32,000 nucleotides of DNA from Mycobacterium tuberculosis H37Rv (GCF_000195955.2 NC_000962.3:870001-902000); one strand, 5' to 3'. Positions 11,077 through 20,333 are shown, counted from the first letter of the stretch. Notes: generated by a model not told the origin, from the sequence alone. A program made the numbers and translations.

Positions 11077-11713
11077 AGAAGGTGACCGCGCTTTCCTCGG
11101 GCAACACCTGAAAGTCGGTGGTGGTCATCTCGGTGAGCCGGCCGTAGTAGATACCCCTGGCGTCCGGAGCGACGATGGCTTGGTGGATGGGTACCGCTCG
11201 TGCCGGAGCTACGGCCCGCAGGTAGTCGACCGCCTCGGAGATCTTCATCCATGGGGCCGCGGCGGGAGTGGCCAGTACGTCCACCTGCTCGCCGGGAACG
11301 AACAACGCGTCACCGGGATGCATCAGTCTTGCCCGATGTTTACTGTCGCCCACCAGATACGAAATGTTCTCTATCACAGGGATTTCCGGGTGGATCACCG
11401 CGTGGCAACCGCCGACCGCACGGACGGTCAGCTCCGCTAACGGCAGCTCGTCGCCAACGTGCACCGCCCGCCATGGCTCGCCCAGCTGCGCCGCCGTCTG
11501 CGGATCGGCGTACAGCTCGGCAGCCGGGTTGTCCTCGAGCAGGGTCGGCAGCCGCGTGACGTCTATGTGATCGGGGTGCTGGTGGGTGATCAAGATCGCG
11601 GACAAACCGGTGATTCCCTCGAAGCCGTGCGAGAAAGTACCGGGATCGAAGAGCAGGCGGGTTTGACCGAACTCAGCGAGGAGGCAGGAATGGCCGAAAT
11701 GCGTGAGTTGCAT
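11075..11713 (-). CDS. Metallo-beta-lactamase-fold hydrolase (UlaG-like)
   Basis: 'THFGHSCLLAEFG...LLFDPG...AILITHQHPDHID' metal-binding motif. Start placed at ATG 11713 (MQLTHFGHSCL); the upstream ORF extension to 12091 has no domain character and runs antisense to the secreted-protein gene. Confidence 0.85.
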   Translation of the reverse strand: MQLTHFGHSCLLAEFGQTRLLFDPGTFSHGFEGITGLSAILITHQHPDHIDVTRLPTLLEDNPAAELYADPQTAAQLGEPWRAVHVGDELPLAELTVRAVGGCHAVIHPEIPVIENISYLVGDSKHRARLMHPGDALFVPGEQVDVLATPAAAPWMKISEAVDYLRAVAPARAVPIHQAIVAPDARGIYYGRLTEMTTTDFQVLPEESAVTF

Positions 11714-11731
11714 GTTTACGATTGTGCCCTT

Positions 11732-12418
11732 ATGGGGGCGTTTCCGATGCGGTTGATCCTGGCGACGATGCTGGTCGCCGGTCGCTTGTTGGCGACGCTC
11801 ATGGCCGCGCCTAGCGCCCAGGCTGAGCCGGAAACCTGCCCGCCGATATGCGACCAGATTCCTGCTACCGCGTGGATCAGCACCCACGCCGTGCCGTTGA
11901 ACTCGCAATACCGTTGGCCGGCAATGGCCGGCGCGGCAGTGGCGGTGACCAGGGCGACACCACGTTTCGGGTTCGAGCAGGTGTGCGCCACGCCGGCGTT
12001 CCCGCACGACAGCCGCGATTGGGCGGTCGCGGGCCGGGTCACGGTGGTCCACCCCGACGGCCAGTGGCAGTTGCAGGCTCAGGTGCTGCACTGGCGCGGG
12101 GACACCGCCCGCGGTGGCCAGATCGCGGCGTCGGTGTTTGGCACCGCCGTCGCCGCGTTACGCGCCTGCCAGCTGGGCGCACCGCTGCAGTCGCCGTCGG
12201 TCACCGACGACGAACCGACCCGGATGGCCGCGGTGATCAGCGGGCCGGTCATCATGTACACCTACCTGGTCGCGCACGTATCAAGCAGCACGATCAGCGA
12301 ACTCACCTTGTGGTCGTCCGGGCCGCCACAAGTTCCGTGGCCTACGGTTGCGGACTCCGCGGTTCTGGACGCCCTGACCGCGCCGTTATGCGAAGCCTAC
12401 ATCGGCTCGTGCCCGTGA
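11732..12418 (+). CDS. Secreted protein of unknown function with N-terminal signal peptide
   Basis: 'MGAFPMRLILATMLVAGRLLATLMAAPSAQA|EPETC' is a typical Sec signal with an AxA site. Four or more Cys lie in the mature region. The annotated-size ORF begins at 11459, but that part is antisense to the MBL gene. Confidence 0.75.
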   Translation: MGAFPMRLILATMLVAGRLLATLMAAPSAQAEPETCPPICDQIPATAWISTHAVPLNSQYRWPAMAGAAVAVTRATPRFGFEQVCATPAFPHDSRDWAVAGRVTVVHPDGQWQLQAQVLHWRGDTARGGQIAASVFGTAVAALRACQLGAPLQSPSVTDDEPTRMAAVISGPVIMYTYLVAHVSSSTISELTLWSSGPPQVPWPTVADSAVLDALTAPLCEAYIGSCP

Positions 12419-12523
12419 CCAGGCGGGGCACCTGCCGCCGGTAGAGTTGGCGCGGGAATCATTGCCCGGCTCCTGGCGGCCGCTGTCGCCGGGCGCGGCG
12501 GGCAGATCTGAGGAGGAGCGCCG

Positions 12524-12763
12524 GTGGCCAGGGTGGTCGTGCATGTGATGCCCAAGGCGGAGATTCTTGACCCGCAGGGCCAGGCGATTGTCGGTGCGCT
12601 GGGGCGGCTTGGGCATCTCGGAATATCAGATGTGCGTCAGGGCAAGAGGTTTGAGCTGGAGGTCGACGATACGGTTGATGACACCACGCTTGCCGAGATC
12701 GCAGAATCACTGTTGGCCAACACCGTGATCGAGGACTGGACGATCAGCCGGGACCCGCAGTGA
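12524..12763 (+). CDS. purS: Phosphoribosylformylglycinamidine synthase subunit PurS
   Basis: 79 aa, '[27 protein letters not shown]...[10 protein letters not shown]'. GTG start preceded by an AGGAGG-like SD. Overlaps purQ by 4 nt. Confidence 0.93.
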   Translation: MARVVVHVMPKAEILDPQGQAIVGALGRLGHLGISDVRQGKRFELEVDDTVDDTTLAEIAESLLANTVIEDWTISRDPQ

Positions 12764-13434
12764 CGGCGCGCATCGGTGTCGTCACGTTTCCCGGCACGCT
12801 CGACGACGTCGACGCCGCGCGCGCGGCGCGGCAGGTGGGCGCCGAGGTGGTCAGCCTGTGGCATGCCGACGCCGACCTTAAGGGTGTCGACGCCGTAGTG
12901 GTGCCCGGCGGATTTTCCTACGGTGACTACCTCCGGGCCGGAGCGATCGCCAGATTCGCTCCGGTGATGGACGAAGTGGTAGCTGCCGCGGACCGCGGCA
13001 TGCCGGTGTTGGGGATTTGCAACGGCTTTCAGGTGCTGTGTGAGGCCGGGCTACTACCTGGTGCCCTGACCCGCAACGTGGGATTGCACTTCATCTGCCG
13101 GGATGTGTGGCTGCGGGTAGCGTCGACGTCGACGGCGTGGACATCGCGTTTCGAGCCTGACGCCGACCTGTTGGTTCCGCTGAAGTCCGGCGAGGGCCGT
13201 TACGTGGCGCCGGAGAAGGTGCTTGACGAACTAGAAGGCGAAGGCCGGGTGGTGTTCCGCTACCATGACAACGTCAACGGCTCGCTGCGCGACATCGCCG
13301 GCATCTGCTCAGCCAACGGCCGTGTCGTCGGCCTGATGCCGCACCCCGAACATGCGATTGAAGCGTTGACCGGGCCGTCCGACGACGGACTGGGTCTGTT
13401 CTATTCAGCGCTGGATGCCGTTCTGACGGGCTGA
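12760..13434 (+). CDS. purQ: Phosphoribosylformylglycinamidine synthase I (glutaminase subunit)
   Basis: Class I amidotransferase Cys motif '[22 protein letters not shown]', '[20 protein letters not shown]', and '[11 protein letters not shown]'. Confidence 0.95.
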   Translation: MTARIGVVTFPGTLDDVDAARAARQVGAEVVSLWHADADLKGVDAVVVPGGFSYGDYLRAGAIARFAPVMDEVVAAADRGMPVLGICNGFQVLCEAGLLPGALTRNVGLHFICRDVWLRVASTSTAWTSRFEPDADLLVPLKSGEGRYVAPEKVLDELEGEGRVVFRYHDNVNGSLRDIAGICSANGRVVGLMPHPEHAIEALTGPSDDGLGLFYSALDAVLTG

Positions 13435-13450
13435 GGTCACCCGCTCACGC

Positions 13451-13924
13451 TCACCCGGCGTCTCGCAGCAACGGCGGCGTCGCGGTTGGAGGTAATCCGG
13501 CTGCCGTCAGCTGACCGAAGAGCTCCGTCGCGGCCGAGACGGCGTTGTCGACGAAGGTGGCGAAATCGTCGAACCGGATGCGGTCCCTGATCAAGGACCG
13601 CTCTGCGGCCACGCCGATGCGGTGCGGATCAGAGGACCCGTGCACGATCGCGGTGACCTCGTGGTTCTGCAGGTTCCACGCGTTGACGATCTCCGCCAAC
13701 CGGGTGTGGTCGGTGGCGGGGAAGAAGTATGCGGGACTGACCCTGATCGTGAACACGTCGCGGTAGGCGGGAGAGATTTCTAGGTGGACGTGCAGCCGCA
13801 GGTGGGCGTTGGCGACGAAGAAGAACTCGGCGTCGTGGTGGCCACGGAAGTATCGCCGGCCGCGGGCGCGCAGGTAGCGCTCGATCAGGTTGGTGCTCAG
13901 CGGCTCGCCTATCGACTCAGTCAT
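13451..13924 (-). CDS. YbjN/sensory-transduction-like conserved protein
   Basis: Core from 'MTESIGEPLSTNLIERYLRARGRRYFRGHHDAEFFFVAN...FTIRVSPAYFF...EIVNAWNLQNHEVTAIV' resembles the YbjN fold. The ORF extends to 14050, but the first 42 residues look non-conserved. Confidence 0.65.
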   Translation of the reverse strand: MTESIGEPLSTNLIERYLRARGRRYFRGHHDAEFFFVANAHLRLHVHLEISPAYRDVFTIRVSPAYFFPATDHTRLAEIVNAWNLQNHEVTAIVHGSSDPHRIGVAAERSLIRDRIRFDDFATFVDNAVSAATELFGQLTAAGLPPTATPPLLRDAG

Positions 13925-14071
13925 GAACTCATGATGCGGCCGGCGCCTTGGTGAATCCTTTGAGCTGGGAACCCGGTTGCGAAGAACAAGATGAGAATTC
14001 CCTGAGCGACGCGGGGCAGCCCGGCCACTGTGAATGGCACGACGCGACACGCGGCGGAGGCGTCGTGAGAT

Positions 14072-14800
14072 TCACAGTCGGTGGGTTGCGTCGGCCAATT
14101 CAACCGGGGGGCCGGTCCACAGTTCCTCGTCAGCGGCTACCAAGGCGTGTACTTCGGTGGACTGCAACGCCTTCAGGACCGACTGAGCGATTCGTTCGTA
14201 CCATTGCGCGACCGCGCTGGGATAGTCGGCGTAGCTGCCGTTTTCCCGCAGGATGGTTCCTTCCACCGTCGGGATCGGGGTAGCTCCGTCGAATTCTTGC
14301 CGGTAGGGCTTGCCGAGGCGGGCGGCGGTGGGTGCGTCGATGGTGGCGTCCAGCTTGACCCATCGCCGACCAAGATATGCCTCACCCAGCGAGTGCCACG
14401 GGAAGGGCCGGCCAGTTCGGCCTCCCCATAGGGCACGTACCTGCGGGGACAGAAACTCCTTATCGGGGGCGTCGATCGTCTGGAACGCGATACGGGCCGG
14501 GACACCGGCGGCTCGGCACAGGGCGACGAAGGAACTTGCCTTGCCCATGCAGAAGGCGACCCCGTGGCCGATCACGTCGCTGGCGCGGTGATGTCCCTGC
14601 GCGAGGTAGCGAAAGGACGCGAGGACGTCGTATGGCACGTCGCGCACGTAGTAGTAGATCCGCCTGACCCGCTCGGTATCCGACACCGCGTCCCGGATGA
14701 GGGTTGCTGCCGTCGTACGAACGAGCGGATGGCCCGCGTCGAGGTACTCCGTGGGCGTCAGAAAGTGGTCCATGCCGGTTCCATTGTTGGCTAGCGTCAT
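14072..14800 (-). CDS. Transglutaminase-like cysteine protease-fold protein
   Basis: Cys-His-Asp triad context: 'GVAFCMGKASSFVALCRAAGVPARIAF' ... 'PWHSLGEAYLGRRWVKLDATIDA'. Start overlaps the upstream gene stop (ATGA). Confidence 0.75.
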   Translation of the reverse strand: MTLANNGTGMDHFLTPTEYLDAGHPLVRTTAATLIRDAVSDTERVRRIYYYVRDVPYDVLASFRYLAQGHHRASDVIGHGVAFCMGKASSFVALCRAAGVPARIAFQTIDAPDKEFLSPQVRALWGGRTGRPFPWHSLGEAYLGRRWVKLDATIDAPTAARLGKPYRQEFDGATPIPTVEGTILRENGSYADYPSAVAQWYERIAQSVLKALQSTEVHALVAADEELWTGPPVELADATHRL

Positions 14801-15840
14801 GGAATCGTGACCTCAGTTTTGACCCGCGGAATGATGTCACTGCCGATGATGTGCAGATAATCGGACTTCACGACGTGTGGAATCGTGAAGAGAAAATGGC
14901 CGACACCGCGGTCCTGGTATTCACGAATGCGCTCGACACACCTGTCGGGTGTCCCGACGATGAGCCCCGGCTCGGGGATGGACGCGAATTCTTCGCGGAT
15001 CCGGACTTCTTCCTCGCCGGACTGGGTGGGTGCCAGCAGCAGCGTGACCGACAGTCGCAGCGTGTCGGGGTCACGCCCGGCCGCCTCCGACGCCTGGGTG
15101 AGAAATCCGCGGCGTTGGGTGACTTGCTGCGGCGACCACCAGCGCACGTTCAGGCCCTGGGCATGCTTAGCGGCGATGCGCTGGACCCGGTCGCCTTCCC
15201 CGCCGATCCACAACGGAGGATGTGGCCGTTGCACCGGCGGCGGATCGCAGGTGGCGCCGTCCAAGGTGTAAAACCGGCCGGCGTAGGTGGGGTTTGGCTC
15301 GGTCCACACGGCCTTGATGACCTGCAGCGACTCGGCAAGCGCGGAGACTCGGTCGCCAACCGGCGGGAACGGGATGCCGTAGGCTTGCGACTCGCGCCGA
15401 AACCAGCCGGCGCCCAATCCCAGATCGAGACGTCCCTGGGAAATGACGTCCAGCGTCGCAGCCATCTTGGCCAGCACGGAAGGATGACGGTAGGAATTGC
15501 ACAGCACGCTGGTGCCCAACCGCAGCTTCGTGGTGTCGCGGGACAATGCCGCAAGTGCGGTCCAGCACTCGAGCAGGGGCAGCGACCTCGAAGGGGCGCA
15601 CTGGCCCGCCCCGCCGGTTTCGGTGCCGGTCGCGGAGCCGGTGTCGGCGGCGATGCCGGCGACCTTCGCATACTCGCCGGGGCTTATCGTCAGGAAGTGG
15701 TCGCATAACCACACTGAATCGAATCCGTATTCTTCCGCCGTCTGCGAGACGACAACCATTTCGCGGTAACTGCCGACCGCCAGGCCATTAACCGTCGCAG
15801 CCAACATGAGTCCGAAGTGCGGGTCGTCTTTGGCGTTCAT
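14797..15840 (-). CDS. LLM-class (luciferase-like) F420/FMN-dependent oxidoreductase
   Basis: 'FGLMLAATVNGL...TAEEYGFDSVWLCDHFLT', 'RLGTSVLCNSYRHPSVLAKMAATLDVISQGRLDLGLGAGWFRRES'. Confidence 0.9.
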   Translation of the reverse strand: MNAKDDPHFGLMLAATVNGLAVGSYREMVVVSQTAEEYGFDSVWLCDHFLTISPGEYAKVAGIAADTGSATGTETGGAGQCAPSRSLPLLECWTALAALSRDTTKLRLGTSVLCNSYRHPSVLAKMAATLDVISQGRLDLGLGAGWFRRESQAYGIPFPPVGDRVSALAESLQVIKAVWTEPNPTYAGRFYTLDGATCDPPPVQRPHPPLWIGGEGDRVQRIAAKHAQGLNVRWWSPQQVTQRRGFLTQASEAAGRDPDTLRLSVTLLLAPTQSGEEEVRIREEFASIPEPGLIVGTPDRCVERIREYQDRGVGHFLFTIPHVVKSDYLHIIGSDIIPRVKTEVTIP

Positions 15841-16646
15841 GCGAAATCTCGTTTCTCGATAATTCCGGCACCTGATCCGGGCAACGTTCGGGGTAACGTG
15901 ACGGAGAACTGGTACCGCTCGGGGCGATGGTGGAACACGACCACTTCAAGGGGCTTGCCGTCATTGGTGTAGCTGGTGCGGTCGACGACCAGTACCGGCG
16001 AACCCACCGCCAGACCCAACGCGTCGGCTACGTCGGGGGAGGCCCCGGCGGCATGGATTTCGTGGGTAGCCTGTGCAATGCGTACACCCAGTCGCCGCTC
16101 CCACATCGCATATGTGGTTTCGGTGTCCGCGCTGCCCGATAGCAACGGCTCGACGGCTGGGCCCACGCCGGGCGGAAGATAGGCCGTGACCAGGGCCAAG
16201 GGTTGATCGCCAGTGCGGATGCGCCGGCGAATACAGAGGACCTCAACCAAACCCAGCGTCTCGGAAATCCGTTGCGGCGCCGGTCCGGTCTGGTGTGACA
16301 GCACGTCGACCTGCGGGGTAACACCACAGCTCAACAACACCTCTGTGATGGTGCGCACGCCGCAACTGAGCTCCTGTTCCACCGGATCGGCGACGAAGGT
16401 ACCCAAGCCTTGCCGGCGCACTAGCCATCCCTGACGTTGCAGCATGCCGACCGCCGCGCGCACGGTCACGCGGCTCAAACCGGAACGGTCGATCAATTCT
16501 CGTTCGCTGGGCAAGCGCCCGCCGCGCGGCAGCCGCTGCTGGATGATCTGGGCCTTTAGCGCCTCGGCAAGCTGGGTACTCGCCGGCACGCTGCCACGCG
16601 ATATCCGCAGATCGGCAGCGTCCAGGTCCAGCTTGACAGATGTCAT
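15837..16646 (-). CDS. GntR-family (HutC subfamily) transcriptional regulator
   Basis: wHTH 'QLAEALKAQIIQQRLPRGGRLPSERELIDRSGLSRVTVRAAVGMLQRQGWLVRRQGLGTFV' plus UTRA effector domain (VLCIRRRIRTGDQPLALVTAYLPP...VVFHHRPERYQFSVTL). Confidence 0.93.
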   Translation of the reverse strand: MTSVKLDLDAADLRISRGSVPASTQLAEALKAQIIQQRLPRGGRLPSERELIDRSGLSRVTVRAAVGMLQRQGWLVRRQGLGTFVADPVEQELSCGVRTITEVLLSCGVTPQVDVLSHQTGPAPQRISETLGLVEVLCIRRRIRTGDQPLALVTAYLPPGVGPAVEPLLSGSADTETTYAMWERRLGVRIAQATHEIHAAGASPDVADALGLAVGSPVLVVDRTSYTNDGKPLEVVVFHHRPERYQFSVTLPRTLPGSGAGIIEKRDFA

Positions 16647-16668
16647 AAGACGTATTAAAACGTCTTAT
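16645..16668. promoter_or_regulatory. Candidate GntR operator: perfect 9-bp-arm palindrome
   Basis: ATAAGACGT-attaaa-ACGTCTTAT read directly. It lies in the divergent intergenic region and overlaps the start codon of the GntR ORF. Confidence 0.7.
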
Positions 16669-16718
16669 ACTCACCACGTCAAGCGTGCGTGCGCGGTAGC
16701 AGCGGAAGAAGGTCAGCC

Positions 16719-17024
16719 ATGACGTCACCCGTCGCGGTCATCGCCCGGTTCATGCCACGGCCTGACGCTAGGTCGGCCCTGCGCGCTCTCTTGGACGCAA
16801 TGATTACCCCGACACGGGCCGAGGACGGATGCCGTAGCTACGACCTCTACGAGAGCGCCGACGGCGGCGAGCTGGTGCTTTTCGAACGGTACCGCAGCCG
16901 CATCGCGCTCGACGAGCACCGCGGTTCGCCGCACTATCTGAACTACCGGGCACAGGTCGGTGAATTGCTGACCCGGCCCGTCGCGGTGACTGTGCTCGCG
17001 CCGCTCGACGAGGCTTCTGCTTAG
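16719..17024 (+). CDS. Antibiotic biosynthesis monooxygenase (ABM) domain protein
   Basis: 101 aa, 'VAVIARFMPRPDARSALRALLDAMITPTRAEDGCRSYDLYES...FERYRSRIALDEHRGSPHYLNY'. Confidence 0.88.
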   Translation: MTSPVAVIARFMPRPDARSALRALLDAMITPTRAEDGCRSYDLYESADGGELVLFERYRSRIALDEHRGSPHYLNYRAQVGELLTRPVAVTVLAPLDEASA

Positions 17025-17136
17025 AGCGGGTAGCACCCAGGCAGCTTGATCCACGCCCGGCACCGGCCGAGCGCTCGGGAACCGCCGCAGACCACCGCAG
17101 TCCCCCCGTGGGTTCAGCGGCGCGGCGGCGGGTTGG

Positions 17137-18642
17137 CTATACCAGCAGGTAAAACGAATCTCGGTAGGATTCAAGAAGTCTCAGCCACAGTTCGCTGATG
17201 GTCGGGAAGCACGGAACGGCGTGCCACAACCGATCGATTGGCACCTGGCCGGCGACGGCGACGGTGGCCGAATGCAACAGCTCGGCGGCGCCCGGGCCAA
17301 CCATGGTCACGCCCAGCAGATGGCCCCGATCGACGTCGACCACCATGCGCGCCCTGCCGGTGTATCCGTCGGCAAAGAGCTTGGCTCCCATAACGACATC
17401 GCCGATTTCGACATCGATCGCTTTGATCCGGTGACCAGCCTGTGCGGCCTGATCAGCTGTCAGGCCGACCGCTGCGGCTTCGGGGTCGGTAAAGAATGCC
17501 TGCGGCACCGCGTGATGGTCGGCGGTGGTCGCGTGCATGCCCCACGACGTGGTGTCTAGCGGTCGTCCGGCGGCACGGGCGCCGATCGCGGTGCCGGCGA
17601 TCCGCGCCTGGTATTTGCCTTGGTGGGTCAGCAACGCGCGATGGTTGACGTCGCCGGCGGCATAGAGCCAGCCGTCGTCAACAGCCCGCACTCGGCAGGT
17701 GTCATCGACGTCCAGCCAGCTGCCCGGCGTCAGTCCTATTGTCTCCAAGCCGATGTCGTCGGTTCGCGGTGCTCGGCCGGTGGCGAAGAGTACCTCGTCG
17801 ACCCGCAGCTCGGTACCGTCGTCCAGCTCGAGGACCACTGGGCCAGTTGGGTTGGGGCGGCCCAGCGCGCGTACCGATACTCCCACGCGCACGTCAACGC
17901 CGGCGTCGGCCAGTCCGCGACCGATGAGTTCCCCCACAAACGGTTCCATTCGGGGCAGCAGGCCAGATCCCCGAGCCAGCAGGGTCACCGAGGCGCCCAG
18001 TCCCTGCCAGGCGGTCGCCATCTCCACACCGACGCCGCCGGCGCCGACGATCGCAAGCCGGTCGGGGACCGTACTGTTGTCGGTGGCTTGGCGATTGGTC
18101 CATGGCCGGGCTTCGGTGATGCCAGGAAGGTCGGGGAGTGCTGGCCGGCTTCCGGTGCAGATGACAACGGCATGCCGGGCGGTCAGCGCCACGCTTTCGC
18201 CGCTCGACTTGGTGACGACGACGCGGCGCGGACCGTCCAATCGCCCGTCACCGCGTATCAGCGTCGCGCCGATTCCACTCACCCAGTCGGCCTGGCCGGT
18301 GTCGTCCCAGTGGGCCACATAGCGGTTGCGGCGGCCAAAGACGCCGGCTGTGTTGATCGAGCCGTCGACTGCTTCGCGCGCGCCGTCGACCCGTCGGGCG
18401 TCAGAGATCGCGATGACCGGACGCAGCAAGGCTTTGCTGGGCACACAGGCCCAATAGGAGCATTCACCCCCGACGAGTTCGCGCTCCACCACCGCGACAC
18501 GCAGGCCCCCCGCGCGGGCACGATCGGCGACGTTCTGTCCAACGGGTCCCGCGCCGAGCACGACGACGTCATACGTTTCACCCTCACGGCAGCCGGGTGT
18601 TGCCATTGGCGCCTGGTCCTGTTGGGCCGCGGTCATAATCAA
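17137..18642 (-). CDS. lpdB: FAD-dependent pyridine nucleotide-disulfide oxidoreductase
   Basis: '[52 protein letters not shown]', NAD domain '[31 protein letters not shown]', dimerisation domain. Confidence 0.9.
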   Translation of the reverse strand: MIMTAAQQDQAPMATPGCREGETYDVVVLGAGPVGQNVADRARAGGLRVAVVERELVGGECSYWACVPSKALLRPVIAISDARRVDGAREAVDGSINTAGVFGRRNRYVAHWDDTGQADWVSGIGATLIRGDGRLDGPRRVVVTKSSGESVALTARHAVVICTGSRPALPDLPGITEARPWTNRQATDNSTVPDRLAIVGAGGVGVEMATAWQGLGASVTLLARGSGLLPRMEPFVGELIGRGLADAGVDVRVGVSVRALGRPNPTGPVVLELDDGTELRVDEVLFATGRAPRTDDIGLETIGLTPGSWLDVDDTCRVRAVDDGWLYAAGDVNHRALLTHQGKYQARIAGTAIGARAAGRPLDTTSWGMHATTADHHAVPQAFFTDPEAAAVGLTADQAAQAGHRIKAIDVEIGDVVMGAKLFADGYTGRARMVVDVDRGHLLGVTMVGPGAAELLHSATVAVAGQVPIDRLWHAVPCFPTISELWLRLLESYRDSFYLLV

Positions 18643-19016
18643 AGATCCTTTCGTCGGACTCTGCCAGCGACGCTACGCGCGCCTAGCGCCGGTGAGCCGT
18701 GCCGGCCTATCGCCCACCAGACGCAAAAGCTCTCGACACGCCGTGCGAAAAGGGACCTTTATGTCTCAGTGTCGGTGTTGTGTGTGCCGCGAGGTGGGTG
18801 TGTCGGTGTGACAGACGCCGTGTCGCGGTGGTTTGTTCCGGATCACCTGGTGTCTGGCTCACTTTGCGTCTGCCGTCCTCTTGGGGTTGGCGTTGAGCAG
18901 TATTGCCGGCACTAGGTGAGAAGGACCGGCCGGCGTGACTTGATAGGAGCGTGGCTTTCGCCCCGACTGAGATGTGTCCGCCGACCGGCCCAACCTCAAC
19001 ACCCCCTCAAGTGAAG

Positions 19017-19020
19017 GAGG
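19017..19020. repeat. Left copy of 4-bp target-site duplication GAGG of IS6110
   Basis: GAGG immediately left of the left IR; the same 4 bp at 20376..20379. Confidence 0.9.
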
Positions 19021-19071
19021 TGAACCGCCCCGGCATGTCCGGAGACTCCAGTTCTTGGAAAGGATGGGGTC

Positions 19072-19398
19072 ATGTCAGGTGGTTCATCGAGGAGGTACCC
19101 GCCGGAGCTGCGTGAGCGGGCGGTGCGGATGGTCGCAGAGATCCGCGGTCAGCACGATTCGGAGTGGGCAGCGATCAGTGAGGTCGCCCGTCTACTTGGT
19201 GTTGGCTGCGCGGAGACGGTGCGTAAGTGGGTGCGCCAGGCGCAGGTCGATGCCGGCGCACGGCCCGGGACCACGACCGAAGAATCCGCTGAGCTGAAGC
19301 GCTTGCGGCGGGACAACGCCGAATTGCGAAGGGCGAACGCGATTTTAAAGACCGCGTCGGCTTTCTTCGCGGCCGAGCTCGACCGGCCAGCACGCTAA
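19072..19398 (+). CDS. IS6110 OrfA (HTH subunit)
   Basis: 'MSGGSSRRYPPELRERAVRMVAEIRGQHDSEWAAISEVARLLGVGCAETVRKWVRQAQVDAG'. Confidence 0.97.
   Translation: MSGGSSRRYPPELRERAVRMVAEIRGQHDSEWAAISEVARLLGVGCAETVRKWVRQAQVDAGARPGTTTEESAELKRLRRDNAELRRANAILKTASAFFAAELDRPAR
19343..19350 (+). promoter_or_regulatory. Candidate programmed -1 frameshift slippery site UUUUAAAG
   Basis: TTTTAAAG in the OrfA/OrfB overlap. OrfA is in frame 1 and OrfB in frame 0, i.e. -1, as in IS3-family OrfAB fusion. Confidence 0.8.
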
Positions 19399-19448
19399 TT
19401 ACCCGGTTCATCGCCGATCATCAGGGCCACCGCGAGGGCCCCGATGGT

Positions 19449-20333
19449 TTGCGGTGGGGTGTCGAGTCGATCTGCACACAGCTGACCGAGCTGGGTGTGC
19501 CGATCGCCCCATCGACCTACTACGACCACATCAACCGGGAGCCCAGCCGCCGCGAGCTGCGCGATGGCGAACTCAAGGAGCACATCAGCCGCGTCCACGC
19601 CGCCAACTACGGTGTTTACGGTGCCCGCAAAGTGTGGCTAACCCTGAACCGTGAGGGCATCGAGGTGGCCAGATGCACCGTCGAACGGCTGATGACCAAA
19701 CTCGGCCTGTCCGGGACCACCCGCGGCAAAGCCCGCAGGACCACGATCGCTGATCCGGCCACAGCCCGTCCCGCCGATCTCGTCCAGCGCCGCTTCGGAC
19801 CACCAGCACCTAACCGGCTGTGGGTAGCAGACCTCACCTATGTGTCGACCTGGGCAGGGTTCGCCTACGTGGCCTTTGTCACCGACGCCTACGCTCGCAG
19901 GATCCTGGGCTGGCGGGTCGCTTCCACGATGGCCACCTCCATGGTCCTCGACGCGATCGAGCAAGCCATCTGGACCCGCCAACAAGAAGGCGTACTCGAC
20001 CTGAAAGACGTTATCCACCATACGGATAGGGGATCTCAGTACACATCGATCCGGTTCAGCGAGCGGCTCGCCGAGGCAGGCATCCAACCGTCGGTCGGAG
20101 CGGTCGGAAGCTCCTATGACAATGCACTAGCCGAGACGATCAACGGCCTATACAAGACCGAGCTGATCAAACCCGGCAAGCCCTGGCGGTCCATCGAGGA
20201 TGTCGAGTTGGCCACCGCGCGCTGGGTCGACTGGTTCAACCATCGCCGCCTCTACCAGTACTGCGGCGACGTCCCGCCGGTCGAACTCGAGGCTGCCTAC
20301 TACGCTCAACGCCAGAGACCAGCCGCCGGCTGA
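19449..20333 (+). CDS. IS6110 OrfB (DDE integrase catalytic domain); probably expressed as OrfAB fusion
   Basis: 'RLWVADLTYVSTWAGFAYVAFVTDAYARRILGW...DVIHHTDRGSQYTSIRF...DNALAETINGLYKTELI'. The frame is open upstream into the orfA overlap. Confidence 0.95.
   Translation: MRWGVESICTQLTELGVPIAPSTYYDHINREPSRRELRDGELKEHISRVHAANYGVYGARKVWLTLNREGIEVARCTVERLMTKLGLSGTTRGKARRTTIADPATARPADLVQRRFGPPAPNRLWVADLTYVSTWAGFAYVAFVTDAYARRILGWRVASTMATSMVLDAIEQAIWTRQQEGVLDLKDVIHHTDRGSQYTSIRFSERLAEAGIQPSVGAVGSSYDNALAETINGLYKTELIKPGKPWRSIEDVELATARWVDWFNHRRLYQYCGDVPPVELEAAYYAQRQRPAAG

Noticed and set aside
14704-15708. 334-aa plus-strand ORF antisense to the LLM oxidoreductase
   Set aside because: The complementary strand has a clear LLM-family protein; the plus product has no recognisable motif.
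18643-19020. Possible toxin-antitoxin or small-protein system in the lpdB/IS6110 gap
   Set aside because: No convincing small ORFs with a start and SD. The segment is better explained as lpdB upstream DNA plus the IS1547 noncoding end.
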